A stretch of DNA of 64,000 bases, taken from NCBI GenBank assembly GCA_963771355.1, contig CAVYTA010000007.1, forward strand, positions 608,001 to 672,000, read 5' to 3'. This DNA is from an uncultured Candidatus Rokubacteria bacterium. Its GTDB lineage: Bacteria > Methylomirabilota > Methylomirabilia > Rokubacteriales > CSP1-6. Of this stretch, positions 1 through 10,101 are shown piece by piece. Position 1 is the stretch's first letter. The number at the start of each line of letters is the position of its first letter. The notes under the pieces are model-generated. The model was not told where the DNA came from, did not search any database, and saw only the letters and a list, made by a program, of their open reading frames with translations. Both the position numbers and the translations under genes were made by a program.

Positions 1-3000
1 CGGTCTGGTCATGCGGACGCCCGCCGGGAGCCTGCTCGACCAGACGAGCCGCCTGGTGGTGCAGCGGCAGAAGGCGTATGCCCTGGCCCACGCGGTCCCG
101 TGGGGCATCTCGGAGTCCGCCTACAACGTGCGGGACCTCGACCTGACCTATCAGTACTCGAGCTTCGGCGTGCCCGGCCTCGGCCTCGAGCGGGGGCTCG
201 GCGAGGATCTCGTCATCGCGCCCTACGCGACGGCCTTGGCGGCGATGGTCGACCCGCCCGCCGCCGCGCGGAACTTCACCGAGCTGGCGCGCGTGGGGGG
301 GCTGGGGGCGTATGGGTTCTACGAGGCGCTGGACTACACGCGCTCGCGCGTGCCCGAGGGCACCCGCGTGGCGGTGATCCGCGCCTACATGGCCCATCAC
401 CAGGGCATGACGGTGGTCGCGCTCGCCAACGTCCTCCTGGACGGGCGCATGCGTGAGCGCTTCCACGCCGAGCCCATCGTCCAGGCCACCGAGCTTCTGC
501 TCCAGGAGCGTCCGCCCCACGACGTCCCCGTCATGCGGCCCCGCAGCGAGGAGGTGAGCGCGCCGGGCCACCTCCGCGAGTCGGTGGCGCCCGTCGCGCG
601 CCGCTTCACCTCGGCCTCCGATCCGCTGCCCCGCACCCATCTCCTGTCCAATGGGCGATACGTGGTGATGCTGACCGCCGCGGGCGGGGGCTATAGTCAC
701 TGCGGCCCGCTCGCCGTCACGCGCTGGCGGGAAGACGTGACTCGCGACGCCTGGGGCAGCTTCGTGTTTCTTCGTGACGTCCTCACCGGGCAGGTCTGGT
801 CGACGGGCTATCAGCCGAGCGGCGTGGAGCCCCAGGCCTACGCGGCGACCTTCCTCGAGGACCGCGCGGAGATCCAGCGGCGGGACGGCAATCTCTTCAC
901 GACCCTCGAGGTGCTGGTGTCGCCCGAGGACGACGCCGAGATCCGCCGGGTGTCGCTCACCAATGTCGGGAAGCGACGTCCGGGAGATCGAGCTGACGTC
1001 CTACGCCGAGCTGGTGCTGGCGCCCCCGCGGGCGGACCTGGCGCATCCCGCCTTCTCCAACCTGTTCGTGCACACCGAGGCCGTCGCCGAGCTGGACACG
1101 CTCCTGGCCACGCGCCTGAGCCGCGTCCCCGAGGAGCCGCGCGTCTGGGCCGCCCACGTGGTGACGGTGGAGGGCGCGACCGCGGGAGGCTCCCAGCACG
1201 AGACGGACCGCGCCCGCTTCCTCGGCCGGGGGCGCGGCATCCGGACGCCGATGTCGATGATCGAGGGCCGGCCGCTCTCGAACACCACCGGCGCGGTGCT
1301 CGACCCCATCTTCAGCCTCCGCCGGCGCGTGCGGCTGGCGCCGGGCGCGAGCGCGCGCATCGTGTTCACGACCCTGCTCGCCCCCTCGCGGGCGGCGGCG
1401 CTGGCCCTGGCCGACAAGTACCGCGACCCCGCGACGTTCGAGCGCACGGCCACGCTGGCGTGGACGCAGGCGCAGGTCCAGCTCCATCACCTCGGCATCG
1501 CGCCCGACGAGGCCCACCTCTTCCAGCACGTGGCCAATCGCATCCTGTACTCCGATCCGCGTCTGCGGGCCCCGGCGCGCACGCTGGCACGGAACTCGGT
1601 CGGTCCCTCCGCGCTCTGGGCGCATCGGATCTCCGGCGACCTGCCCATCGTCCTGGTCCGGATCGACGAGGTGGAGGACCGCGGCATCGTGCGGCAGATC
1701 CTGCGCGCCCACGAATACTGGCGCATGAAGGGGCTGGCGGTGGATCTCGTCATCCTCAACGAGAAGCCGCCGTCGTATCTCCAGGATCTCCAGGGCACGC
1801 TCGAGGGCCTGGTGCGGGCAGGGAGGCCCACGCTCACCGCGACCCCCGAGGGCGGCGTGTACGTCCTCCGGACCGACCTCCTCTCCCCGGTGGAGCGTGA
1901 CTGCCTCCAGGCGGCGGCCCGCGTGGTGCTGCTGAGCCGCCAGGGCACCCTCGCCGAGCAGGTCGCGCGCGCCGACCATGTCCCGCCCGCCGAGCGCGTG
2001 ACGTCCGCGCGGCGTCGCGAGGCGCTGCCGGACGCCCGGCGCGACCCTGCTCCCGAGACGATCGTCCCGCGGCCCGATCTGGAGTTCGGCAACGCGCTGG
2101 GCGGCTTCGTGGAGGACGGGCGCGAGTACATGACCGTGCTCGGCGAGGGGCAGTGGACGCCGGCCCCGTGGATCAACGTGGTGGCCAACGCGCGTCTCGG
2201 CTTCCAGGTGTCGGAATCCGGCGCGGGGTATGTCTGGGCGGAGAACAGCCGGGAGAACCAGATCACCCCCTGGTCGAACGATCCCGTGTCCGACCCGCCG
2301 GGCGAGATCCTCTACGTGCGGGACGAGGAGTCGGGCCAGCTCTGGGGTCCGACGCTCCTGCCCATCCGCGAGGACGCCTGGCCCTATGTGTGCCATCACG
2401 GGCAGGGCTATAGTCGCTTCGCGCACACCTCGCATGGGATCGCGCTCGAGCTCACCCAGTTCGTCCCGCTCGACGACCCGGTGAAGATCTCGCGCCTCCG
2501 CATCGAGAACCGCTCCAAGCGCGCGCGCCGGCTGAGCGTCACCGCCTACGTGGAGTGGGTGCTCGGCGCCTCGCGGGGGATGACGGCGCCCCACATCGTG
2601 ACCGAGGTGGACGAGCGCACCGGAGCGCTCCTGGCGCGCAATGCCTGGACGCAGGACTTCCCCGGGCGCGTCGCGTTCCTCGACCTGCGGGGAGCCCAGA
2701 CGTCATGGACGGGCGACCGCGCCGAGGTGCTCGGGCGCAACGGGACGCTCGACCATCCGGAGGCGCTCGAGCGCGGCGCGCGCCTGTCCGGCACGGTGGG
2801 AGCGGGCCTCGATCCCTGCGGCGCGCTCCAGGTGTCGCTGCTCATCCCGCCGGGCGGCGAGGCCGAGCTGGCGGTGCTGCTCGGCCAGGGGACGTCGGCG
2901 GACGAGGCGCGCGCGCTGGTGGAGCGCTACCGCGCTGCGGATCTCGACGCGGTGCTCGATGCGGTGATCGTGCGCTGGGACGACCTGGTCGCCGCGGTGC

Positions 3001-4487
3001 AGGTGAAGACCCCGGACCGGTCGCTCGACCTCATGCTCAATCGCTGGCTCCTCTACCAGACGCTCTCCTGCCGCATCCTCGGACGCTCGGGCTTCTACCA
3101 GGCGGGCGGGGCCTATGGGTTCCGCGACCAGCTCCAGGACGTGATGGCGCTGGCGGTGGCCGCGCCCGACGTCACCCGGGCCCAGATCTGCCGGGCCGCC
3201 GCCCACCAGTTCGTCGAGGGCGACGTGCAGCATTGGTGGCATCCCCCGTCCGGCCGCGGGGTGCGCACGCGCATCTCCGACGACCTGCTCTGGCTGCCCT
3301 ATACGGCGGCGCACTACATGGCGGTGACCGGGGACCGCGGGCTCCTCGACGAGGACATCTCCTTTCTCGAGGGCCCTCCGCTGCCTCCGGGCGAAGCGGA
3401 GGCCTACTTCGAGCCCACCGTCTCGCGGCAGCGCGCCTCGTTGTTCGAGCACTGCGCCCGGGCGCTGGACCAGCGCCTCGCGGTGGGGGCGCACGGGCTG
3501 CCGCTGATGGGGTCGGGCGACTGGAACGACGGTATGAACCGGGTCGGCCATCAGGGGCGCGGGGAAAGCGTCTGGCTCGGCTGGTTCCTCCACGCCACCC
3601 TCACCGAATGGGCGCCCATCGCGGATGCGCGCGGCGAGCGTGCGCGCGGCGAGGCGTGGCGCGCGCACGCCGCCGCGCTGCGCTCCGCGCTCGAGACTGC
3701 GGGCTGGGACGGGGACTGGTACCGTCGCGCGTACTTCGACGACGGCACGCCGCTAGGCTCGGCCGAGAACGCCGAATGCCGGATCGACTCCATCGCCCAG
3801 TCCTGGGCCGTGCTCTCGGGCGCCGCCGATCCGCGGCGCGCCGCCCGGGCCATGGCCGCGGTGGAGGAGTATCTCGTGCGGCGCGAGCAGGCGCTCGTCC
3901 TCCTCTTCACGCCGCCGTTTTCCCGGACCGCGCGCGATCCCGGCTACATCAAGGGCTACCCCCCCGGCGTCCGCGAGAACGGCGGTCAGTACACGCATGC
4001 CGCGATCTGGGCCATCATGGCCTGGGCCACGCTCGGGGACGGTGACCGCGCCGGCGAGCTCCTCTCCATCCTCAATCCCATCAACCACACCGCCACGCGC
4101 GCCGGCGTCTACCGCTATCGAGGCGAGCCGTACGTGGTGGCGGCCGACGTCTATGCGGAGCCGCCCCATGCGGGGCGGGGGGGCTGGACCTGGTACACGG
4201 GCTCGGCGGGCTGGATGTACCGCGCGGGCATCGAGTGGCTGCTGGGCTTCCGGCTACGCGGGGCGGCGCTCTTCATCGACCCCTGTATCCCGCGTGCGTG
4301 GAGCGGATTCACGCTGACGTTTCGCTACCACTCCGCGAACTACGTCATCCAGGTGGAGAACCCACACGGCGTCACCCGCGGCGTCGCGCGGGTGGAGCTC
4401 GACGGCCTTCCCATCACCCCGGGGCCCGAAGGACTCGGCCTGGTCAGCGACGGGCGCACCCACCGGGTCCGCGTCCTGCTGGGCTAG
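1..4487 (+). CDS. ndvB: Cyclic beta-1,2-glucan synthase/phosphorylase (NdvB/Cgs-like, GH94 C-terminal region); 5'-truncated by window edge, +1 frameshift near 971
   Basis: ORF 11.. (PWGISES, YQYSSFGVPGLGL, YMAHHQGM) joins ORF 774..4487 (TPAPWINV, GAYGFRDQLQD, GDWNDGMN, ENGGQYTH, GGWTWYTGSAGW). Removing one A at 971-972 restores NVG-SDVREIELTSY. Confidence 0.9.
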
Positions 4488-4617
4488 ACCGGGTCGCTCC
4501 GCCTTACCGGGTCGCTCTTGCCCGGTGGCGGCCGCGTGACGGCGCCATACTCGTCCCCGCGCGGCGAATACGGGGTGATTTCGGCACCTTGAGCCCCGCC
4601 GGTCGTACCACCTCTTC

Positions 4618-4632
4618 CGGCACGCTCCTTGC
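4618..4632 (+). promoter_or_regulatory. sigma54 -24/-12 promoter
   Basis: CGGCACGCTCCTTGC (GG-N10-GC) upstream of SD AAGGAGG and ATG 4665. Confidence 0.75.
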
Positions 4633-4664
4633 CCCTGAGTGGAGCAAGGAAAGGAGGCCGACCC

Positions 4665-4991
4665 ATGTTGAAGAGCATGAAGGAGTGTCTCGGCTACACG
4701 ATCCTCGCCACCGACGGCGAGATCGGGGAAGTGAGCGACTTCCTTCTCGACGACGAGCTCAAGCTCCGCTACCTCGTCATCGACACCGGGCGCTGGCTGC
4801 CCGGCAAGAAGGTGATGCTTTCCACCGCCTGGATCAGCTCGGTGGATCCTCAGAAACAAACGGTGGTCATGAACATCGACAAGAAGCGCATCGAGGAAGG
4901 CCCCCTCTACGAGAACGAGCACGTGCTCGACCGCGAGTACGAGACGCGGCTGCACGAACACTATCGGTACCCGCCGTACTGGCTGATCTGA
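4665..4991 (+). CDS. PRC-barrel domain protein
   Basis: GYTILATDGEIGEVSDFLLDD..RYLVIDTGRWLPGKKV pattern; strong SD. Confidence 0.85.
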   Translation: MLKSMKECLGYTILATDGEIGEVSDFLLDDELKLRYLVIDTGRWLPGKKVMLSTAWISSVDPQKQTVVMNIDKKRIEEGPLYENEHVLDREYETRLHEHYRYPPYWLI

Positions 4992-5004
4992 GCGGGAGGA
5001 CACC

Positions 5005-5238
5005 ATGGGACGTTGTGAGGTTTGCGGGAACGAGTACCGGAAGACGCTGGAGATCAAGTACGAGGGCCGCGTGGCCACCTTCGACTCCTTCGAATGCGCG
5101 ATTCACGCGATGGCCCCCACCTGCGAGCACTGTGGATGCCGTGTGATCGGGCATGGCGTCGAGGTGGGCGAGCGCATCTTCTGCTGCGCCAACTGCGCCC
5201 AGATGGTCGGGATCAGTGAGAAGGCCGTCAATGCCTGA
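5005..5238 (+). CDS. Small Cys-rich metal-binding protein (prokaryotic metallothionein-like)
   Basis: CEVCGN..FDSFECAIH..CEHCGC..FCCANCA; SD GGGAGG. Confidence 0.8.
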   Translation: MGRCEVCGNEYRKTLEIKYEGRVATFDSFECAIHAMAPTCEHCGCRVIGHGVEVGERIFCCANCAQMVGISEKAVNA

Positions 5239-5719
5239 GCGCGGGGCCCGCTTCGGGGGGCACCCGGTCCATCCGGCCCTGGTGAGCCTCCCCATCGGGC
5301 TCTGGATCTTCTCCCTGGCCGCCGACGTCGTGCGAGGGCTGGGGGGCGGCCCCGTCTGGCGAGACCTGGCGCTGTACACCCTCGGCGCCGGGATCGTGGG
5401 CGCGCTGATCGCCGCCGTGCCGGGCTTCATCGACTACTTGTCGATCACCGACGCTCGGGTGCGTGACATCGCGGTCGCCCACATGGTGACCATGCTCGTC
5501 GTGCTCGGCGTCTTCGCGTCCAGCTTCTGGCTCCGCTGGATCGGCACCCTGAGCGCCCTGCCGGTGGCCTTGTCGGTCCTCGGCGTGGCCCTCCTCGGCG
5601 TCGGCGCCTGGTTGGGGGGCGAGATGGTCTTTGTCCACGGTCAGGGGATGGCCGCCCATCCCCGCCGGAAAATCGACTCACGTGAAGAGACGGGCCCCCC
5701 GCGAAGCCGGGCCGCCTGA
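5231..5719 (+). CDS. DUF2231-type membrane protein
   Basis: GHPVHPALVSLPIGLW, four hydrophobic segments, GAWLGGEMVF; overlaps upstream stop. Confidence 0.8.
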   Translation: MPERGARFGGHPVHPALVSLPIGLWIFSLAADVVRGLGGGPVWRDLALYTLGAGIVGALIAAVPGFIDYLSITDARVRDIAVAHMVTMLVVLGVFASSFWLRWIGTLSALPVALSVLGVALLGVGAWLGGEMVFVHGQGMAAHPRRKIDSREETGPPRSRAA

Positions 5720-5730
5720 GAGGAGACCGC

Positions 5731-6475
5731 ATGCAGGCCGAAATCGCAGCGCAGAACGACCGGGGCCGAGAGGTGAACATCGGGCAGATCGAGCGTGTGG
5801 CTTCCGTCGGCCTGGGAGCGGCGCTGGTGGTGGTGGGGCTGGCGCTGCGGTCGCGCCGGGGCCTGGGTCTCGCGCTCACCGGTGCCGGCATGGCCTATCG
5901 AGGCCTCGGCGGGCGGTGCCTCGTGTACCGGGCGCTGGGGATCCACGGCGCCAGCGGCAAGCCCACGGCGACCGGCAATCTCGGCGTGAAGGTGGAGCGC
6001 TCGGCCCCCATCGACGCGCCCCCGGAGAAGCTCTACGCCTTCTGGCGTGACTTCCGGAACCTGCCCATCGTCATGCCCAATCTCGAGCGCGTGGAGGTGC
6101 AGTCGGACACACGCTCCCACTGGGTGGTGAAGGGGCCCCCTCGGCACCGCGTTCGAGTGGGACGCCGAGATCATCAACGACGTGCCCAACGAGCGCATCG
6201 CCTGGCGGACGACGGAGGGCGCGCGCGTGGAGCACGCCGGCTCGGTGCGCTTCGAGCCGCGCCCGGATGGCGGCACCATGGTGTGGGTCGCCCTGCAATA
6301 CAACGCCCCGGGCGGCGAGTTCACCCACATGGTGTCCAAGCTCTTCGGGGAGGATCCGGGGAAGCGGCTGGAAGAGGATCTCGAGCGGCTGCGAGAGGCG
6401 TTCGGACGGGCTCACGAGGACCGTGACGGGCTGCAGCCGAAGACCGCCGACGCCCTGGGGTATCGATCGTCCTGA
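5731..6475 (+). CDS. DUF2892/YgaP-like membrane region + SRPBCC (cyclase/dehydrase) protein; +1 frameshift in C-run 6136-6140
   Basis: NIGQIERVAS..GRCLVYRALGI; LYAFWRDFRNLP..SHWVVKGP then, after removing one C, LGTAFEWDAEIINDVPNERIAW..GSVRF. Confidence 0.8.
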
Positions 6476-6566
6476 CCTATTGACGGTCGCGCATCGGGGG
6501 CGGCCGGCCGGGTAAAAATAGATCTAGACACGGGGGCTAGAGTAAAGACAGGTGCCCCCGTTGACG

Positions 6567-7658
6567 ATGCCACCGGCCCGCCGCTCCCGCCCCCGCGTCC
6601 TTGCGATCGTGCTGGCATTGACGCTCGGGCTGGGCCTGGTAGGGGCCGCGGGCTCGCTCCATGCCGAGCGCGAGCCGCTGCGGGGCGTGGTCGAGTCCCG
6701 TCCCGCCGACGCCCCCCGCACCCGCACGGTTTTCCGCAACCAGGATCCGCACTTCACGCGCGGACCGTTCTTCACCCGGCTTCAGACCTTCGCCACCGGC
6801 ATGACCTGGCTCATCGCCGAGACTCGGGTGGCGGCGCTGCCCTCCGCGCGTCCGGACCTGGAGCGCCTCCGGTCCGCGGGAGGGGCACCCAGCGTCACCT
6901 GGGTCGGGCACGCCACGGTGCTCGTCCAGCTCGACGGCGTGACCTTTCTCACCGATCCCACCTGGAGCGACGTCTCGGGGCCCTTCGGGGTCATCGGCGT
7001 GAGCCGCTACACGCCGCCCGGCGTCCGCTTCGAGGACCTGCCGCGGATCGATTTCGTCCTCATCTCGCATGACCACTACGACCACCTCGACGAGGCCACC
7101 GTGAAGCGGCTGGCCCAGACCTTCAACTCGCGCTTCATCGTGCCGCGGGGGATCGGGGCGTGGCTGCGCGACCGGGGCATCACCAATGTCGAGGAGATGG
7201 ACTGGGGCGAGCGCACGCGCATCAAGGGGCTCACCGTGGTGTGCACGCCCGCCCAGCACGGCTCGGGCCGCACGCTCGTCGATCAGGGCCGGCGTCTCTG
7301 GTCCTCCTGGGCGGTGCTCGGGTCCAAGCGCTTCTACTTCGGGGGCGACACCGGCTACTTCGCACATTTCCGCGAGACCGGCGATGCGCTGGGGCCCTTC
7401 GACCTGGCGGCGCTCCCCATCGGCTCCTACACGCCGCGCTCGACTTCGCGCGCCGTGCACTTGAATCCCGAAGAGGCGCTCCAGGCCTGGGAAGATCTTC
7501 GCGCCCGCGAGTTCCTGGGCATCCACTGGGGGACGTTCACGCTCGCCCGCGAGCCGTATGACGAGCCCCCGGCCCGCATCGCTGCCGAAGTGGCACGGCG
7601 AGGCCTTCCCGCCGAGCGTATCTGGGTGCCCAAGCCCGGTCTCACCCTCGACTGGTAG
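6567..7658 (+). CDS. MBL-fold metallo-hydrolase (NAPE-PLD/RomA-like), signal peptide
   Basis: TWVGHAT, ISHDHYDHLD, PAQH, FGGDTGY, LPIGSY, IHWGTF. Confidence 0.88.
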   Translation: MPPARRSRPRVLAIVLALTLGLGLVGAAGSLHAEREPLRGVVESRPADAPRTRTVFRNQDPHFTRGPFFTRLQTFATGMTWLIAETRVAALPSARPDLERLRSAGGAPSVTWVGHATVLVQLDGVTFLTDPTWSDVSGPFGVIGVSRYTPPGVRFEDLPRIDFVLISHDHYDHLDEATVKRLAQTFNSRFIVPRGIGAWLRDRGITNVEEMDWGERTRIKGLTVVCTPAQHGSGRTLVDQGRRLWSSWAVLGSKRFYFGGDTGYFAHFRETGDALGPFDLAALPIGSYTPRSTSRAVHLNPEEALQAWEDLRAREFLGIHWGTFTLAREPYDEPPARIAAEVARRGLPAERIWVPKPGLTLDW

Positions 7659-7668
7659 TCGAAGTCTC

Positions 7669-7684
7669 TGGCAGCCCCCTTGCA
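7669..7684 (+). promoter_or_regulatory. sigma54 -24/-12 promoter
   Basis: TGGCAGCCCCCTTGCA (GG-N10-GC), intergenic, upstream of SD GGGGAGGT and ATG 7744. Confidence 0.7.
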
Positions 7685-7743
7685 GTGCTCTCTCTGATGG
7701 TCGGAATCTGCCTTTCATTTCTGATCAATAGGGGAGGTGCATT

Positions 7744-8097
7744 ATGGCGAAGGAAAAGCAGCCTGAACGCGCCGATCTTGGCCCCGACGATGGGAGCGTA
7801 GGCTTCGCACCCGACCGGGATGGCTTCGGAGGAACTGAGCCGCCCAGACCGGACGCCGCCATCCTCCGCGACATCGTCGAGCGGATCGGCCGGCACCCCG
7901 AGCTCGATTCCGGCGGCTGCGAGATCGTGGTGAAGAAGGGCGAGGTGCGGCTGGCGGGCGTGGTGCCGAGCGGGGATGCTCGGCGGCAGATCGAGGATCT
8001 CTGCCTGTCCGTGTCCGGGGTCTGGGAATGCGAGAACGGACTGCGAGTGCGCCGGGGCGCTACGTCAGGCGGCCGAGTGGACCCAGATCGAGGTTGA
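7744..8097 (+). CDS. BON domain protein (no signal peptide)
   Basis: PDAAILRDIVERI..EIVVKKGEVRLAGVV..SVSGVWECENGLRV. Confidence 0.75.
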   Translation: MAKEKQPERADLGPDDGSVGFAPDRDGFGGTEPPRPDAAILRDIVERIGRHPELDSGGCEIVVKKGEVRLAGVVPSGDARRQIEDLCLSVSGVWECENGLRVRRGATSGGRVDPDRG

Positions 8098-8152
8098 GCT
8101 CCTCGGGGGCGCGGCGACCTGCCTCCGCAGCGCGAAGGCCCCTGTTATCGGG

Positions 8153-8551
8153 TCAACGAGTGGAGGCATCCACGATCCGGGTGAGGGCCGAGACGCTCCG
8201 ATCGAGCACGTCGGCGGCCTGATGGACCGTGGCGGGGTTCTCGGCATGCTCGCGGAGCACGCCGATCCACCCGGCGATGGCGTTGAGCGGCGTGCGGAGG
8301 GCGTGCGCGAGGAGCTCGCGATCGTCTTCCGCCGAGCGAATCAGGATGTCGAGATCGGCCTGGAGCGCACGGAGGCGGTGGGCGATCGGGTCCGTCTCGT
8401 GACCGCCCGGTGCCCTGTCTTCGAACTCGGCGGCCAGGTGCTGCAGCCCGGACCGGACATCATCAAGGATGGCCTGCCGAGCCGAACGCGGCCCATCGGC
8501 CGCGCTGGGAACGGGCTCGGCTTCTCGAGGAATCACGTGAGGGCGTGCCAT
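8153..8551 (-). CDS. Stand-alone HisKA (DHp) domain protein, no HATPase domain
   Basis: LAHALRTPLNAIAGW H-box followed by a second helix (QAADVLDRSVSALTRIVD); ends 55 bp from a convergent gene; has its own sigma54 promoter motif. Confidence 0.72.
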   Translation of the reverse strand: MARPHVIPREAEPVPSAADGPRSARQAILDDVRSGLQHLAAEFEDRAPGGHETDPIAHRLRALQADLDILIRSAEDDRELLAHALRTPLNAIAGWIGVLREHAENPATVHQAADVLDRSVSALTRIVDASTR

Positions 8552-8566
8552 GCGTCCCGCGCCAGG

Positions 8567-8582
8567 TGCAACTGACGTGCCC
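8567..8582 (-). promoter_or_regulatory. sigma54 -24/-12 promoter for the DHp-only gene
   Basis: Minus strand GGGCACGTCAGTTGCA. Confidence 0.75.
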
Positions 8583-8609
8583 GCCTCGTTCTGAATTATT
8601 AGTAAGAAC

Positions 8610-8622
8610 AGTCAAGCAGTTA
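8610..8622. promoter_or_regulatory. Putative IHF site
   Basis: AGTCAAGCAGTTA, one mismatch to WATCAANNNNTTR, next to an AT-rich tract (8591-8609) and just upstream of the sigma54 promoter. Confidence 0.5.
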
Positions 8623-8725
8623 CGTGAAGGGGCCAGGGAAGAAATCACCCGGCACCCCTATTTGGGGTGTGTAAGAACTTCCCCGGAGCCTTGCGCTAAG
8701 CCACGGGGTTCGGCAAAATTGGGTC

Positions 8726-10081
8726 ATGACCCGTGTGCTCGTCGCAGACGACGACCAAGACTCATGTCAGGCGCTGTCGGCCCTTCTCTCCGGATGGGGC
8801 TACGAGGTGGCAGAGGCGGCGGATGGGAACGAAGCGCTGGACCGGGCCATTGTGTTCCGCCCGTCGCTGATCGTCACCGACCTCGTGATGCCCGGGATGG
8901 ACGGGCTCGCCTTGCTCAAGGCCCTTCGCGTCGAACTACCCGCCTCCACCGTGATCGTCCTCACCGGCCATGCCACCATCGAGACCGCGGTGGCGGCCAT
9001 GCGGGATGGCGCCTACGACTACCTCCCCAAGCCGGTGGACCTTCGGCGGCTCCGCGCCCTGGTGGACAAAGCACTCGAGCAGTCCCAGGTGCTCCGCGAG
9101 GTGACGCTCCTCCGCCGCCAGCTCGGCGGCACCCAGGCCATGGGGACCCTGATCGGGGCGAGCGAGCCCATGCAGGAGATCTATAAGACCATCGAGCAGG
9201 CGGCCTCGACCTCCGCCCCGGTCCTGATCTCGGGAGAGAGCGGCACCGGCAAGGAGCTGGCTGCGCGCACCATTCACTCGCTTTCCGTCCGGGGCAAGGG
9301 GCCGTTCGTGGCCATCAACTGCGGGGCCGTCCCGGAGACCCTGCTCGAGAGCGAGCTCTTCGGCCACGAGCGGGGCGCCTTCACCGGTGCGGTGGAGCGG
9401 CGCGCGGGCTATTTCGAGCTCGCGGACGGGGGCACGCTGTTCCTGGACGAGATCGCCGAGATGAGCGGGGCGCTGCAGGCCAAGTACCTGCGCGTGCTCC
9501 AGGACGGCGTGGTGCGCCGCCTCGGCGGGCGGGCGGAGCTGAAAGTCGACGTGCGCATCATCGCCGCCACGAACCGGGACCCGCGGGAGTCCATCAAGCA
9601 GGGGGCGTTCCGGGAGGATCTCTACTACCGGCTCAACGTGTTCAGCTTCACGATGCCGCCCCTCCGCGTGCGCAAGGGGGACATCCCGCTCCTCGCCGAG
9701 GCCTTCGTGACGGAGTTCGTCGGCAAGTACGACCGCGCGGCCAAGGGACTCAGCGCGGAGGCGCTGGATAGGCTGGGCCGGCACCGCTGGCCCGGCAACG
9801 TGCGCGAGCTGCGGAACTGCATCGAGCGCGCGGTGGTGGGCTGCACCAGTGCCGAGCTCACGGCCGACCTGCTGCCGCTTGATCTCCCGCTGCTCCCCGA
9901 GCCGGCCGGGGCGACGGCGCCTTCGCCTCCGCCCCTGAGCCTCGACGAAGCCGAGCGTCTCCACATCTTGCGCACGCTCGCGGCACTGGGGAGCAACAAG
10001 ACGCGGACAGCGGAGAGCCTGGGCATCAGCCTCAAGACCCTCCACAACAAGCTACGCCGGTATCGCGAATCGCCGGGCTGA
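8726..10081 (+). CDS. sigma54-dependent response regulator (NtrC/AtoC family: REC-AAA+-Fis HTH)
   Basis: VLVADDD..TDLVMPGMDG; GESGTGKE; ESELFGHERGAFTGA; LFLDEI; WPGNVREL; NKTRTAESLGISLKTLHNKL. Confidence 0.95.
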   Translation: MTRVLVADDDQDSCQALSALLSGWGYEVAEAADGNEALDRAIVFRPSLIVTDLVMPGMDGLALLKALRVELPASTVIVLTGHATIETAVAAMRDGAYDYLPKPVDLRRLRALVDKALEQSQVLREVTLLRRQLGGTQAMGTLIGASEPMQEIYKTIEQAASTSAPVLISGESGTGKELAARTIHSLSVRGKGPFVAINCGAVPETLLESELFGHERGAFTGAVERRAGYFELADGGTLFLDEIAEMSGALQAKYLRVLQDGVVRRLGGRAELKVDVRIIAATNRDPRESIKQGAFREDLYYRLNVFSFTMPPLRVRKGDIPLLAEAFVTEFVGKYDRAAKGLSAEALDRLGRHRWPGNVRELRNCIERAVVGCTSAELTADLLPLDLPLLPEPAGATAPSPPPLSLDEAERLHILRTLAALGSNKTRTAESLGISLKTLHNKLRRYRESPG

Positions 10082-10101
10082 GACGCCCGGGCCGTCCGCC
10101 G

